The notes: a model not told the origin generated them from the letters alone. A DNA stretch of 64,000 nt from Endomicrobiales bacterium (GCA_963794945.1 CAWCFT010000001.1:384001-448000); one strand, 5' to 3'; positions 7,894 to 18,382 are shown, counted from the stretch's first letter. Program-made: numbers and translations.

Positions 7894-7974
7894 TGTCATC
7901 TCGAATCCGCCTTGGGCGGATGAGAGATCTTGATTTTGTTTGACTTAAGATTTCTCCCTTCGGTCGAAATGACA
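7894..7974. repeat. REP/RPE-like palindromic element, inverted relative to 2161-2251
   Basis: Reverse complement reads TGTCATTTCGA...GAGAAATCTTAAGTCAA...AGATCTCTCATCCGCCCAAGGCGGATTCGAGATGACA. TGACACCTAC is duplicated in tandem at 7970-7989. Confidence 0.85.
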
Positions 7975-8049
7975 CCTACTGACACCTACATGGTGAAATT
8001 TGCCAGGCCAACAGCGGGTATTATCTGAGAATCTTAAAACGACTTTTTG

Positions 8050-8078
8050 TTGACAAAATCAATGAAATATATTAACAT
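8050..8078 (+). promoter_or_regulatory. Putative sigma70 promoter (leaderless geometry) for coaD
   Basis: TTGACA-17 bp-TAACAT, then 7 nt to the ATG at 8086. Confidence 0.55.
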
Positions 8079-8085
8079 TAGCCAT

Positions 8086-8589
8086 ATGAAACAGCTAGTT
8101 GCGGTTTATCCGGGGAGTTTTGATCCGCCGACTAATGGGCATCTTGATATTATTTTACGCGCGACGCACCTCTTCCCTAAAGTTATAGTAGCGGTTACCG
8201 ATAATTCCACGAAAGACCCTACATTCACCCTTAAAGAAAGAATAGAGATGTTAAGTTCTGCCACAAAAAATCTTCCATCGGTGCAGATCGACTCCTTTTC
8301 AACACTTCTTGTGAATTACCTCAATGAAAAAAACGCGTTTATAATCATACGCGGCCTGAGGGCCGTATCGGATTTTGAGTACGAGTTCCAGATGGCCCTT
8401 ATGAACCGCAGCCTAAGCCGCAAGATAGAGACCGTATTTTTAATGCCCGATGAGAAGTACACTTATCTGTCGTCCAGGCTTGTAAAAGAGGTTGCGAGGC
8501 TCGGCGGGGATGTTAACGGGCTTGTGCCGTCCCTCGCCGGCAAATACCTTAAGATCTACAGAAGGAACCAGCGCAGGAAACAGGGCTAA
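8086..8589 (+). CDS. coaD: Phosphopantetheine adenylyltransferase
   Basis: AVYPGSFDPPTNGHLDI, IIRGLRAVSDFEYEFQMALMNR, SSRLVKEVA. Confidence 0.96.
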   Translation: MKQLVAVYPGSFDPPTNGHLDIILRATHLFPKVIVAVTDNSTKDPTFTLKERIEMLSSATKNLPSVQIDSFSTLLVNYLNEKNAFIIIRGLRAVSDFEYEFQMALMNRSLSRKIETVFLMPDEKYTYLSSRLVKEVARLGGDVNGLVPSLAGKYLKIYRRNQRRKQG

Positions 8590-8594
8590 ACACT

Positions 8595-10274
8595 ATGAGA
8601 ACCAACCCCATCAAGAAAAGACTCGGAGACCTGCTTGTTGATGTAGGCATTATAAGCGCCGCCCAGCTTAAGCAGGCGCTGGACGCACAGAAGCGCACCG
8701 GAGGCAAGCTCGGCACCATACTCTCGCAGATGAACCTTATAAACGAAGAGGTCATGCTCGCATTTCTCGGTAAGCAGTGCGGCGTGTCTTATGTTTCGCT
8801 CGCGGAATACGGTGATATACCGGAAGATGTTATTAGGATAGTGCCTCAAAGCATAGTGCGCCACCAACACCTTATACCGATCTCAAAGGACGGCAAAGTT
8901 GTGACGATAGCGATGTCTGACCCGTTCAATGTGTTCGCGACGGACGACATCAAAATGATAACCGGTTACGATGTTCAGGTAGTAATTGCTTCCGAGTCGG
9001 AGATCAGGTCGGCCATAGAGAAATATTATTCAGCCGGCAGCGGCCTCGATACTTTAGCCTCAAGCCTTCCACCCAGCGTAAAGGACTCGTCTCCGGAAAA
9101 AGAGGCTGCGATAATCGAAAAGACCGTGATATCTCCTCTTATATCCGACGCGCTCAAGGCCGGAGCCTCAAAGATATTCTTTGAACCCGGAGAATCGTTC
9201 ATGAGCGTCCGTTACAGGGTTGACGGGTACTTAAAGGAACAATCGCGTTTTCCGATCGAAATGGCCGCCCGGCTTACAGACTACTTCAGTTCCAAGTCAA
9301 AAGGCGGGGAAGACAAACATTTTTTCCGTGAGTACGAGACCAAAATTGAGATCAACGATAAGAAGACGGGAGTATTGGTCAATATACTCGCGGCAAATTA
9401 TGGCGACAGCGTTTCCCTTAGCGTGATAAACGAGCTTGCCGAGCCCCGGGATATTTCCGAACTGGGGTTTGAGCCTGAAACCCTTTCGGTCTACAAGAAA
9501 AATATCGAGATACCGAACGGCCTTATTTTGATCACCGGCACCGCGGGGTCAGGCAAATCTCTTACGATGTATTCCACCATGAAGGCCCTTAATTACCCGG
9601 ACAGAAAGATCATATCGTTCGGCCGCAACCTTGAATACTCGGTAAACGGCGTTACGCAGATCTGCCAGCCAAGCGAGAGCCGCCTGGATAAATACAGTTT
9701 TTCAAAAATAATTGACAGGCACGAGCCCGACATCATATTCATTGAAGATATTTTGGAAGGCAATAACGCGGAGATCGTGATAGACGCCGCGATGACCGGC
9801 CATACGGTATTTTCCACTATGAACGCAAGCAGCGCCCTTGATGCGATAACTAAGCTGCTCCTTAACGGCATCTCTCCGTCTCTTCTGGCGTCATGCCTTG
9901 TTATGATATCCAACCAGAGGCTGATGAGGCTGATATGCGGGGACTGCAAAGAATCGTACGATCTGCCGGTCAGCATGCTTAAGCCGTTAGGCTATGAGCC
10001 GAACGACCCCAACGAGGCCGAAATCAAACTAAAGAAATCCTCAGGCTGCCAACAGTGCAACAACACCGGCTACAAGTCACGCACTGCCGTTTACGAGATA
10101 TTCGAGCCTGACGAAAAAATGAAAACACTTATAGCAAGCAAACATACTGAATCCAGTATGAAAGAACACTATCTGCAAAAAAAGTCAATGACAATAGCGG
10201 AAGGGGCATTGAGAAAAGTTGTTTCGGGCCTGTCGTCGGTAGAAGAATTCCTTAGGCTCACTAAGATAAGCTGA
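8595..10274 (+). CDS. GspE/PilB-family protein with MshEN domain and degenerate ATPase motifs
   Basis: MshEN RLGDLLVDVGIISAAQLKQALDAQ, Walker A GTAGSGKS and CxxC...CxxC are present. The Asp-box, Walker B and His-box are altered. Confidence 0.85.
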   Translation: MRTNPIKKRLGDLLVDVGIISAAQLKQALDAQKRTGGKLGTILSQMNLINEEVMLAFLGKQCGVSYVSLAEYGDIPEDVIRIVPQSIVRHQHLIPISKDGKVVTIAMSDPFNVFATDDIKMITGYDVQVVIASESEIRSAIEKYYSAGSGLDTLASSLPPSVKDSSPEKEAAIIEKTVISPLISDALKAGASKIFFEPGESFMSVRYRVDGYLKEQSRFPIEMAARLTDYFSSKSKGGEDKHFFREYETKIEINDKKTGVLVNILAANYGDSVSLSVINELAEPRDISELGFEPETLSVYKKNIEIPNGLILITGTAGSGKSLTMYSTMKALNYPDRKIISFGRNLEYSVNGVTQICQPSESRLDKYSFSKIIDRHEPDIIFIEDILEGNNAEIVIDAAMTGHTVFSTMNASSALDAITKLLLNGISPSLLASCLVMISNQRLMRLICGDCKESYDLPVSMLKPLGYEPNDPNEAEIKLKKSSGCQQCNNTGYKSRTAVYEIFEPDEKMKTLIASKHTESSMKEHYLQKKSMTIAEGALRKVVSGLSSVEEFLRLTKIS

Positions 10275-10303
10275 AACCGCCTTAACAGAACTGGAGATTA
10301 TTT

Positions 10304-11372
10304 ATGCTTAACATGCAGGACCTTTTGATGATGCTGATGGAGAAAAAGGCGTCCGATCTTCATATAACCGCCGGCCTTCCGCCAATGCTGAGGATCGACG
10401 GCGAAGTGAAATCAACACAGTTCGAGAAACTTACACCGGACGCCTGCCAGAGGCTTATATATTCGCTGCTGACAGATTCGCAGAAAGAGAAGTTCGAGGC
10501 CACGAACGAGCTTGACCTTTCTTTCGGCATAAAAGGCGTAGGGCGCGTGAGAATGAACGTGTTCCGCCAGCGCGGGTCCGTAGGCGCCGCGCTCCGCTCG
10601 ATCCCCCAGAAGATGCTGACTTTTGAAGAACTCAACCTGCCTCAGGTCATTTATGAGATTATGAAAACGAACAAGGGGCTTGTGCTTGTGACCGGCCCCA
10701 CGGGCTCGGGTAAATCTACTACACTCGCGTCGATGATAAACTTTCTAAATGAAACGAGAACAAGCCATATAATTACCGTAGAAGACCCGATAGAGTATGT
10801 CCATCTTCACAAACAGTCAATCGTCAACCAGAGGGAAATAGGCTCGGATACCAACTCGTTCGTTAACGCCCTGAAATATGTCCTGAGGCAGGACCCTGAC
10901 ATTATACTTATAGGCGAAATGAGGGACCTTGAAACCATATCGGCCGCGCTGACTATCGCGGAAACGGGGCACCTTGTATTCGCGACGCTGCATACGACCG
11001 ATGCCGCCTCCGCTGTCAACAGGATGATAGACGTCTTTCCGCCGCACCAGCAGCCTCAGATAAGGTCGCAGGTCTCTATGGTGCTCCAGGCTATCTTCGC
11101 GCAGCAGCTCCTGCCGCACGCGTCAGGCTCGGGCAGAGTGCTCGCGAGCGAAGTGCTCACGATGACGCCTGCTATCAGGAACCTCATACGGGAAATGAAA
11201 ATCGAACAGATATACCTTGCCATGCAAACAGGCGGGAAATACGGAATGCAAACCATGAACCAGTCTTTATACGACCTCTACACGCGCCGGCAGATACCCT
11301 ATCAGAACAGCCCTGGACGCCAGCACTGACCAGGATGACCTAAAGAGACTATTACAAAAGGCATCGCTATAA
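10304..11372 (+). CDS. pilT: Type IV pilus retraction ATPase PilT (frameshift near 11305, probably a sequencing error)
   Basis: GPTGSGKSTT, ITVEDPIEY, RQDPDIILIGEMRD, AETGHLVFATLHT, AIRNLIRE. The C-terminus continues in another frame (ALDASTDQDDLKRLLQKASL*). Confidence 0.93.
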
Positions 11373-11416
11373 ATATCTTACTGAAAAATAGACGCACCCG
11401 CAGTTTTGGAGGATAA

Positions 11417-12643
11417 ATGCCGCAGTTCAGTTACAGGGCCCGTTCTTCATCAGGAGCCATAGTTGAATCCGTAATAGAGGCGCTTAACCAGCGCCTTGCG
11501 ATGGATAAACTTAAAAGCCAGAAATTTATCGTGATGGAGATAAAAGAAGTAAAAACGAACGCCCTCCTTGAAACTTTAAAAAAATTAAACCCCTTAAAAC
11601 CCAGTGTTACCGCCAAAGAGCTTGTGCTTTTCTCAAGACAGTTCTCCACCCTGGTCAACGCGGGCGTTCCTATAGTGCAGGGCCTCACCATACTCGTCAA
11701 CCAGGCTGAAACACCCGTTTTTAAAGATATCATCACGAAGATAAGGGAAGACATAGAACAGGGTATTTCGATAACTGATGCCATGAAAAAGCATCCCGAA
11801 GCTTTTACAGAGCTTTATGTTTCTATGATAAAAGCGGGCGAAGTCGGGGGTATACTCGATACTATACTTGAACGATTGTCCGGCTACCTTGAAGCCGCGG
11901 AAGAATTAAAAGGGAAAGTAAAAGGCGCGCTTGTTTATCCCGGAGTTATATCATGCGTAGCCGGCGGGGTAACATTATTCCTGCTCATTTTTGTAATACC
12001 GACTTTCAAGGGAATATTTGCCAGTTTTGGCGCAGAATTGCCTTTGCCTACAAGAGTGCTGATAAAAATTTCGGAGCTGCTTAGACAGTTTTGGTATTTA
12101 GTAATAGCGATACCAGTAGGCTCCCTCACGGCATTTAATCGCTTTAGAAAGACTGAAAAGGGCCTTTTATTGACGGACACTATCGCGCTGAAGATTCCCA
12201 TGGTAGGCCAGCTGCTGAAAAAAGTTGCCATCGCTAAGTTCGCAAGAACACTTGGAACGCTTATAAAATCCGGCGTGCCGATACTGCAGGCGCTTGACAC
12301 CGTGGCAAAGACAAGCGGCAATAAGGTCATAGAGATAGCAATCAATTCAGCCAAACAGTCTATCAGGGAAGGCGAAAGAATGGCCGAGCCGTTGAGAAAA
12401 ACAGCTGTTTTTCCGCCGATGGTCATACAAATGATATCCATCGGAGAAGAAACGGGGAACCTTGATACCATGCTTAATAAAATAGCTGATTTTTATGACC
12501 AGGAAGTCGATGTGATGGTTAAAGGGCTTACAAGCATGATGGAGCCGCTGATAATGGTTGGTATGGGGCTGGTAGTCGGCGCCATAGTCATCGCCATGTT
12601 CATGCCGATGTTTGAGCTTGGTTCCCTGGCGGACAAGGGCTGA
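11417..12643 (+). CDS. pilC: Type IV pilus platform protein PilC (T2SS F family)
   Basis: FSRQFSTLVNAGVP, AGEVGGILD, GEETGNLDTML. Confidence 0.95.
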   Translation: MPQFSYRARSSSGAIVESVIEALNQRLAMDKLKSQKFIVMEIKEVKTNALLETLKKLNPLKPSVTAKELVLFSRQFSTLVNAGVPIVQGLTILVNQAETPVFKDIITKIREDIEQGISITDAMKKHPEAFTELYVSMIKAGEVGGILDTILERLSGYLEAAEELKGKVKGALVYPGVISCVAGGVTLFLLIFVIPTFKGIFASFGAELPLPTRVLIKISELLRQFWYLVIAIPVGSLTAFNRFRKTEKGLLLTDTIALKIPMVGQLLKKVAIAKFARTLGTLIKSGVPILQALDTVAKTSGNKVIEIAINSAKQSIREGERMAEPLRKTAVFPPMVIQMISIGEETGNLDTMLNKIADFYDQEVDVMVKGLTSMMEPLIMVGMGLVVGAIVIAMFMPMFELGSLADKG

Positions 12644-12668
12644 TGACCTTGAAAGACCGCGATTAATT

Positions 12669-13445
12669 ATGATCCTATACCTGACATTTTTTCTTGCGCT
12701 TGGCCTTGTTTTTGGAAGCTTTGCGAATGTTTGCATCTCAAGGATACCTAAAGGCGAATCCGTCGTATTTCCAAAGTCTCACTGCCCGAAGTGCAATAAG
12801 CTCATTAAATGGTACGACAACCTGCCTTTGTTAAGCTACGTGATCTTAAAAGCCAAATGCCGCGCATGCGGTGAACCGATATCGATACAATATCCGCTGG
12901 TCGAGTTAATCACGGGCTGTTCATTCTTAGCTCTCGCACTTAATATTAAAGACCCCGCGCTGCTGGCGTTCTACCTTCTGCTAACGTTAGTGCTTATTAT
13001 TATTTCCGGCATAGACTTTCACGTTCAGATAATCCCGGATAGTTTGTCGCTGCCTCTGATCGCGGCAGGCCTTCTTGTCAGCCCTTTCAACAATTCTCTG
13101 GGCAGCGGAGTAGTGCACAGGATATTAAACTCTTTTCTTGGTGTGCTGGCTGGCGGAGGATCTCTCTTTTTGCTTGGATTCTTCGGAGAGAAAATCATGA
13201 AGAAGGAGGCGATGGGAGGGGGAGATGTGAAGCTTTTGGCCGGGATAGGCGCAGTGATAGGCTGGTCAAAGATATTTTCAGTGCTGTTCGTGGCCTCGCT
13301 TGTAGGCAGCGTGTTTGGGATATTGCTAATCATGGCAAAAAAGATTGAGAGGACTGGCTACATACCGTTTGGGCCGTTCATTGCTGTTTCGGCATATATT
13401 AATCTTTTCCTGCCGGATCTCGCTAGGTTAATTTTTGCCAGATGA
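12669..13445 (+). CDS. pilD: Prepilin peptidase
   Basis: GSFANVCISRIP, SHCPKC, CRAC, MGGGDVKL, IPFGPFI. Confidence 0.95.
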   Translation: MILYLTFFLALGLVFGSFANVCISRIPKGESVVFPKSHCPKCNKLIKWYDNLPLLSYVILKAKCRACGEPISIQYPLVELITGCSFLALALNIKDPALLAFYLLLTLVLIIISGIDFHVQIIPDSLSLPLIAAGLLVSPFNNSLGSGVVHRILNSFLGVLAGGGSLFLLGFFGEKIMKKEAMGGGDVKLLAGIGAVIGWSKIFSVLFVASLVGSVFGILLIMAKKIERTGYIPFGPFIAVSAYINLFLPDLARLIFAR

Positions 13446-13506
13446 CCATTCCGGAGCAACAAAATCGTTAATAATTCAATGGGTGCCTTCCAATTCATAT
13501 TATACC

Positions 13507-13535
13507 TTGACAAATCAAACATAATCTGTTATAAA
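13507..13535 (+). promoter_or_regulatory. Putative sigma70 promoter of pilMNOPQ
   Basis: TTGACA-17 bp-TATAAA with TG extension. Confidence 0.55.
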
Positions 13536-13611
13536 TTCTTATATTCCCGATTTAATGGCCTTGATGATTTTTTGCATGATTATTGAGCTGTTTTCGGAAA
13601 TCATAAACTAA

Positions 13612-14751
13612 ATGGCTATAAAACTTCCAGAAATTAAACTACCGGGTCTCTCGTTATTAAAAAGCCGTGATTCTATAGCTATAGATATCGGCACTTCCTC
13701 GATAAAGATCGCCTGCCTTAAATCAGCTGGAAATAAGTTCACTTTGCTTAAATGGGCCGTTCTGCCCTTAAACGAGAGCGGCGCCGAGCTGTCTCCGCTG
13801 GATAAAAAGAATATTGCGGTTACCAGGCTGGCCGAATATCTAGCGAAAGAAAACATCACCACAAAAAATATCATAAGCTCAATTTCCGGAAATCAGGTTA
13901 TTGTTAGGTACGTGCGTTTCCCCAAGCTGACTCGTGAAGAACTGGCAAAAACTATACAGTTCGAAGCTGAACCGTACATACCTTTCGATATTCGCGAAGT
14001 TGATCTGAGTTTTCATATTCTCGGCGATGTTATCGAAGATGGCCAGAAAAAGATGGAGACCATCCTTGTGGCTTGCAAGAAAGATGCCGTCCAGACGAAA
14101 CTTGAACTGTTCAATGACCTTAGCCTCAGGCCGGTAGTCATTGACCTCGATGTTTTCGCCATTCAGAACGCTTATGAGTACAACAACGCCAACAGCGAAA
14201 CGCCGGCGCAGGAAACAGTGCTTTTAGTAAATATAGGCGCCAATGTCACAAATATGGCCATAATGGAAAATGGGATATCACGCGTTGTACGAGATGTTTT
14301 CATTTCCGGCAATTCTTTCACAAAGGCTATCCAAAGGAGCCTCTCCTGTGATTTCAAAACTGCGGAAGACTTGAAATCCCGCTATAGCCTGCTGGTCACC
14401 GCGGAAGAAAAAGAAAAAACTCTTTCGGACAACCAGAAAGAGGCCCTTCAGGTATCATCTTCTATCACGCCGGTTGCTAAAGATTTCCTAGCTGAGATCC
14501 AGAGATCTATAGACTTCTATATTTCGCAGAACCCCGAACGCGTAATTAATAAACTGCTCATATGCGGCGGATCGAGCCAGTTGAAAAACCTCGATAGTTT
14601 TCTCAACCACGAATTAAAGATACCCGTAGAGATATTCAACCCCTTAAAATATATCATGGACAGCGCTGTTGTGCCGGAAAACATAGCCCCGCAATTGACA
14701 GTTGCTGCAGGGCTTGCGATGCGCAGAGAAAACGATATCCCGAAAAAATAA
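13612..14751 (+). CDS. pilM: Type IV pilus assembly protein PilM
   Basis: IAIDIGTSSIK, FEAEPYIPF, VNIGANVT, ICGGSS (actin-like fold). First gene of the MNOPQ block. Confidence 0.93.
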   Translation: MAIKLPEIKLPGLSLLKSRDSIAIDIGTSSIKIACLKSAGNKFTLLKWAVLPLNESGAELSPLDKKNIAVTRLAEYLAKENITTKNIISSISGNQVIVRYVRFPKLTREELAKTIQFEAEPYIPFDIREVDLSFHILGDVIEDGQKKMETILVACKKDAVQTKLELFNDLSLRPVVIDLDVFAIQNAYEYNNANSETPAQETVLLVNIGANVTNMAIMENGISRVVRDVFISGNSFTKAIQRSLSCDFKTAEDLKSRYSLLVTAEEKEKTLSDNQKEALQVSSSITPVAKDFLAEIQRSIDFYISQNPERVINKLLICGGSSQLKNLDSFLNHELKIPVEIFNPLKYIMDSAVVPENIAPQLTVAAGLAMRRENDIPKK

Positions 14752-14756
14752 TCCAT

Positions 14757-15314
14757 ATGATCAAGATTAATCTGCTTGCGCCGGAAATGATTAAAAAAGA
14801 AGAACGCAACGAGTTGATAATACTCGGCTACGCGGCTCTTATTGTAGCGGTTATAATCGGCGCTTTTGATTACACTCTTAAATTCCGCTCTTATAAAAAA
14901 CTTGAGTACAGGGTGTCACAGTCAGAAAGGGAACTTGTTAAATACGAAAGTATTCTAAAACAGGTTGAGGCATTGCAGTCAACGACCAACGTGCTGGCGA
15001 CAAAGAAATCGGTAATAAGCACACTGATGCAAAGCAGGCTTACTTACCTGTACTTTATGGAAGATATACTTGAACTGCTCCCGTACAATCTATGGTTCAG
15101 GAACATTACAACACAGCTTACGGCCGACGGAAGGATATCCGTGAACATGGACGCTGAGGCTCTGGATAATTACTCGATAGCGGATTTCGTTTCTTCCCTG
15201 TCATCGAACCCGTCATTCGCGAACGTAGATCTTGGTGCTCTGACAACGTCGGGAGCAAAGACGCCGACATCGTTGTTTCATCTAAAATTCGACTACAAGA
15301 AGAAAAGTTTATGA
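14757..15314 (+). CDS. pilN: Type IV pilus assembly protein PilN
   Basis: MIKINLL N-terminus, single TM, gene order. Confidence 0.88.
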   Translation: MIKINLLAPEMIKKEERNELIILGYAALIVAVIIGAFDYTLKFRSYKKLEYRVSQSERELVKYESILKQVEALQSTTNVLATKKSVISTLMQSRLTYLYFMEDILELLPYNLWFRNITTQLTADGRISVNMDAEALDNYSIADFVSSLSSNPSFANVDLGALTTSGAKTPTSLFHLKFDYKKKSL

Positions 15315-15856
15315 CAAAGAAGATCCAGCAAAACCTCATCGTTCTCGCCATACTGATCAGCGGGTTTTCTTTTGTCTATTTCAAATACCTTGTTGCCCCG
15401 CTAAACGACAAATACAACGATAACCTAAAAAAGCTTATCCAGGTAGAGTCGAAACTCGCCGACACCAAACGAAAGGCGCTGGAGCTTCCTAAACTGCAAG
15501 CCGACATGAAAAACCTTGAGCAGGAGGTTGCTGACCTTGAGAAACTCCTGCCGAAAGACAAAGAGATTCCTGCTCTGCTGCGCACAGTGACTAAAGTCGC
15601 GCAGAAGTACCAGCTTAAAATCACGAATATAACTCCGGGAACAATAGTGTCTCAAGCGAATTATAACGAGATACCTTTCCAGATGACAATACAAGGCACA
15701 TATCATGCCGTAGCTTATTTCTTATGCGATATAGGGCAGGAATCGAGGATACTCAGTGTTAAGAATGTAAACTTTACGGCTCTCACGCCGTCAAAAGACA
15801 ACCCTAACACAGTAAATGTTACTTGTGTTTTCCTTGCATACACGTTCAAAGGATAG
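15311..15856 (+). CDS. pilO: Type IV pilus assembly protein PilO
   Basis: TM plus coiled coil, LLPKDKEIPALL, GTYH. Confidence 0.9.
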   Translation: MTKKIQQNLIVLAILISGFSFVYFKYLVAPLNDKYNDNLKKLIQVESKLADTKRKALELPKLQADMKNLEQEVADLEKLLPKDKEIPALLRTVTKVAQKYQLKITNITPGTIVSQANYNEIPFQMTIQGTYHAVAYFLCDIGQESRILSVKNVNFTALTPSKDNPNTVNVTCVFLAYTFKG

Positions 15857-15863
15857 TTAAAGA

Positions 15864-16337
15864 ATGAACTTTAAATACCATTACTTAGCCATAATTTTCA
15901 CAGCTTTGATAGCCTGTTCCTGCGGGTATGAAGAGCTGCCCACTCAAAACGTCACAAAAACGCCGGCCTCGCTGCCTTCACAGGGTGACAAGTCGGTTTA
16001 CAAGAAAAAAGAACCGGAGCACTACAATTACAAAGGTGATAAGTTCAGGGATCCATTTGTAGCGATGACCGGGGAAACTTCATCAGGCTCAGCTTTATCT
16101 GAAGAGGTTGCAATACCTAACCTGGGAAGCCTTAAACTAAAGGGAATTTATGACGACGGGAAAATTAAAATGGCGCTTATTTCCGGCGGGGGCATAAATT
16201 ACATTTTAAAAGGGTCCCGCCTTTACGACAACAGGCAAAGGCTGGTTAGAGCTATTTCAGGTGTTATTAGGAAAGACAGCGTGCTTATGATTGCACCCGA
16301 CAAAACGACTAAAGAATTATTATTGAAATCAAAATAA
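15864..16337 (+). CDS. pilP: PilP-like lipoprotein
   Basis: Lipobox-like N-terminus, RDPF motif, LKLKGI. Lies between pilO and pilQ. Confidence 0.75.
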   Translation: MNFKYHYLAIIFTALIACSCGYEELPTQNVTKTPASLPSQGDKSVYKKKEPEHYNYKGDKFRDPFVAMTGETSSGSALSEEVAIPNLGSLKLKGIYDDGKIKMALISGGGINYILKGSRLYDNRQRLVRAISGVIRKDSVLMIAPDKTTKELLLKSK

Positions 16338-16381
16338 TTGATCATGAAAATATTTTCTCTGGCCACAGGAGGCTTGAAATA

Positions 16382-18382
16382 ATGAATAAAATCCTTAAAA
16401 TCATCGGGTTTGCAATGTTGATGTCAGTTTGTTTTTGTTTACTATGGGCTCAGGAACGGTTCCGTACCCTTGATAAAATTAGCATTGACGGGAATACTAT
16501 TACCATTGCTCTTTCCGGTAAGGCGAAATGCCACGCCTTTAAGATATCAAACCCCGCGAGAGTTGTTATTGAGTTCACTAACACCGAATTTAATGCCAAA
16601 GACCGTGAAATAACCGGTTCCGGGGACATAAAGCGTATACGCGGCGGACAGTATCAAAATGACCCTATCAAGGTTGCCCGTGTTGTTGTTGATCTTGTAA
16701 AAATGTCGGAATATGAACTCAAAACCAGCGGCAAATTAGTAAAACTTGTATTGAATTCTCAAACACCGGAAGACAACACAGCAAAGTCAGCCGAAGAAGG
16801 GGTTAATGTTTCATCACAAACCGCGGCTGCTGCAGCTGTACCAGCCGAACCCGAAACCAAACAAGCTGCGCCTGCTGCCATGCAGGTGCCAGTAAAACCT
16901 CAACCAGCGGCTCCACAGGCAAAATCGGCACAGGATGAAACTCCAATAGTTATTGCTCAACCCGTAACACCTGAAGAATCAAAAAAAGTAGATATTTTGC
17001 CTGTACCTGTGGCGCCCGCTCCGCAAGTTAAAGCGGCCGTTAAACCGGCGCCAGCAGCAAATACTCAACTTACCGTAAGCGCAAATGACACTAACACACA
17101 GCAGAACAAAACTACGCCGCCTCAGAATGATCAAACTGTTGGCAATAAACAAATATATTTGTCAAAAAAACCAATAACTATTGATTTCGAGGACGCTGAT
17201 ATCCGAGATGTATTCCGTATGTTATCCATGAAAAGTGGCATAAACATAATTTATGGGGCAGATGTCACGGGAACTATCACGCTCAGGCTTGAGAACGTGC
17301 CTTTTGACAAGGCATTTGAAACTATTCTTGAATTAAAGAACCTGGTCAGCCAGGAACAGGGGCCGAATATCGTCCGCATCGCGACACCACAGCAGATATC
17401 AGAAGAAAGAGCGCAAGCCGTGGCTTTCACGAAAATATTTCCGCTGAATTACGCTAAAGCCGACGATGTTAAACTAAATCTTGACTCGGTGAGGAATGCG
17501 GAAGGCCGCAAAGGCAGCATTTCGGTTGACGAGCGCACTAACAGCATGATAATTACCGACACACCTCAGGGCCTCATCTCGATCGCAAAACTAATAAAGG
17601 AACTTGATCAAAAACCCATGCAGGTCATCATAGAAGCTAAAATCGTAGAAGTAGACCTGAACAAAGACCTCGATCTCGGCATTCAATGGCAGTACGCGAA
17701 TACAATCACGAACCAGCCGAACAACCAGGTTACAATAGGACAAACACAGACTGACGCCAACGGAAATATCACACCGGTTTCAGTTTCAGGAGGAGGAACC
17801 GGCGTAGCTTTCCCTGCAATTGCATCGGGCTCAGGAGAGATCGGCTCCATAGCGTTCGGCATTGTATCCAACCAGATGAGGATCACAGGCGCCTTGACCG
17901 CTCTCGCTCAGAAAGGCCTTTCAAAATTATTATCCAACCCCAAAGTCACAACAGTTAATAACAAAGAAGCAAAAATACTGGTGGGACAGAGAATTCCATA
18001 CACAACCACTACTGTATCAACAGCTGGTTCAACACAATCAACTAACTTCTTGGACGTAGGCGTCAAGCTCACAGTCACACCTACTATCAACATCGACAAA
18101 AAGATCACACTCGTGGTTCACCCTGAAGTTAGCCTGTTCGTCAGGAACGACCCAGCCGGCCCGGTAATCGGCACGAGAGAAGCCAGCACCACCGTTATAG
18201 TAAACGATGGAGAAACAGTAGTTATCGGCGGGCTGATTACAGACCAGGACATCAAGTCAGGCGAACAGGTTCCGCTTTTAGGTGACCTGCCTATAATCGG
18301 AAGCCTCTTCAAGCACACTTCGGACTCCAAAGCAAGGACCGAGCTGCTTGTATTCCTTACTCCGCAGTTGTTGAACAATTAA
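16382..18382 (+). CDS. pilQ: Type IV pilus secretin PilQ with AMIN domain
   Basis: AMIN (NPARVVIEF), Pro/Ala linker, IDFEDADIRDV, secretin C-domain VPLLGDLPIIGSLFK...ELLVFLTP. Confidence 0.95.
   Translation: MNKILKIIGFAMLMSVCFCLLWAQERFRTLDKISIDGNTITIALSGKAKCHAFKISNPARVVIEFTNTEFNAKDREITGSGDIKRIRGGQYQNDPIKVARVVVDLVKMSEYELKTSGKLVKLVLNSQTPEDNTAKSAEEGVNVSSQTAAAAAVPAEPETKQAAPAAMQVPVKPQPAAPQAKSAQDETPIVIAQPVTPEESKKVDILPVPVAPAPQVKAAVKPAPAANTQLTVSANDTNTQQNKTTPPQNDQTVGNKQIYLSKKPITIDFEDADIRDVFRMLSMKSGINIIYGADVTGTITLRLENVPFDKAFETILELKNLVSQEQGPNIVRIATPQQISEERAQAVAFTKIFPLNYAKADDVKLNLDSVRNAEGRKGSISVDERTNSMIITDTPQGLISIAKLIKELDQKPMQVIIEAKIVEVDLNKDLDLGIQWQYANTITNQPNNQVTIGQTQTDANGNITPVSVSGGGTGVAFPAIASGSGEIGSIAFGIVSNQMRITGALTALAQKGLSKLLSNPKVTTVNNKEAKILVGQRIPYTTTTVSTAGSTQSTNFLDVGVKLTVTPTINIDKKITLVVHPEVSLFVRNDPAGPVIGTREASTTVIVNDGETVVIGGLITDQDIKSGEQVPLLGDLPIIGSLFKHTSDSKARTELLVFLTPQLLNN

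Noticed and set aside
16780..17140. Pro/Ala/Gln-rich low-complexity region in pilQ
   Set aside because: An ordinary flexible linker between the AMIN and secretin N-domains.
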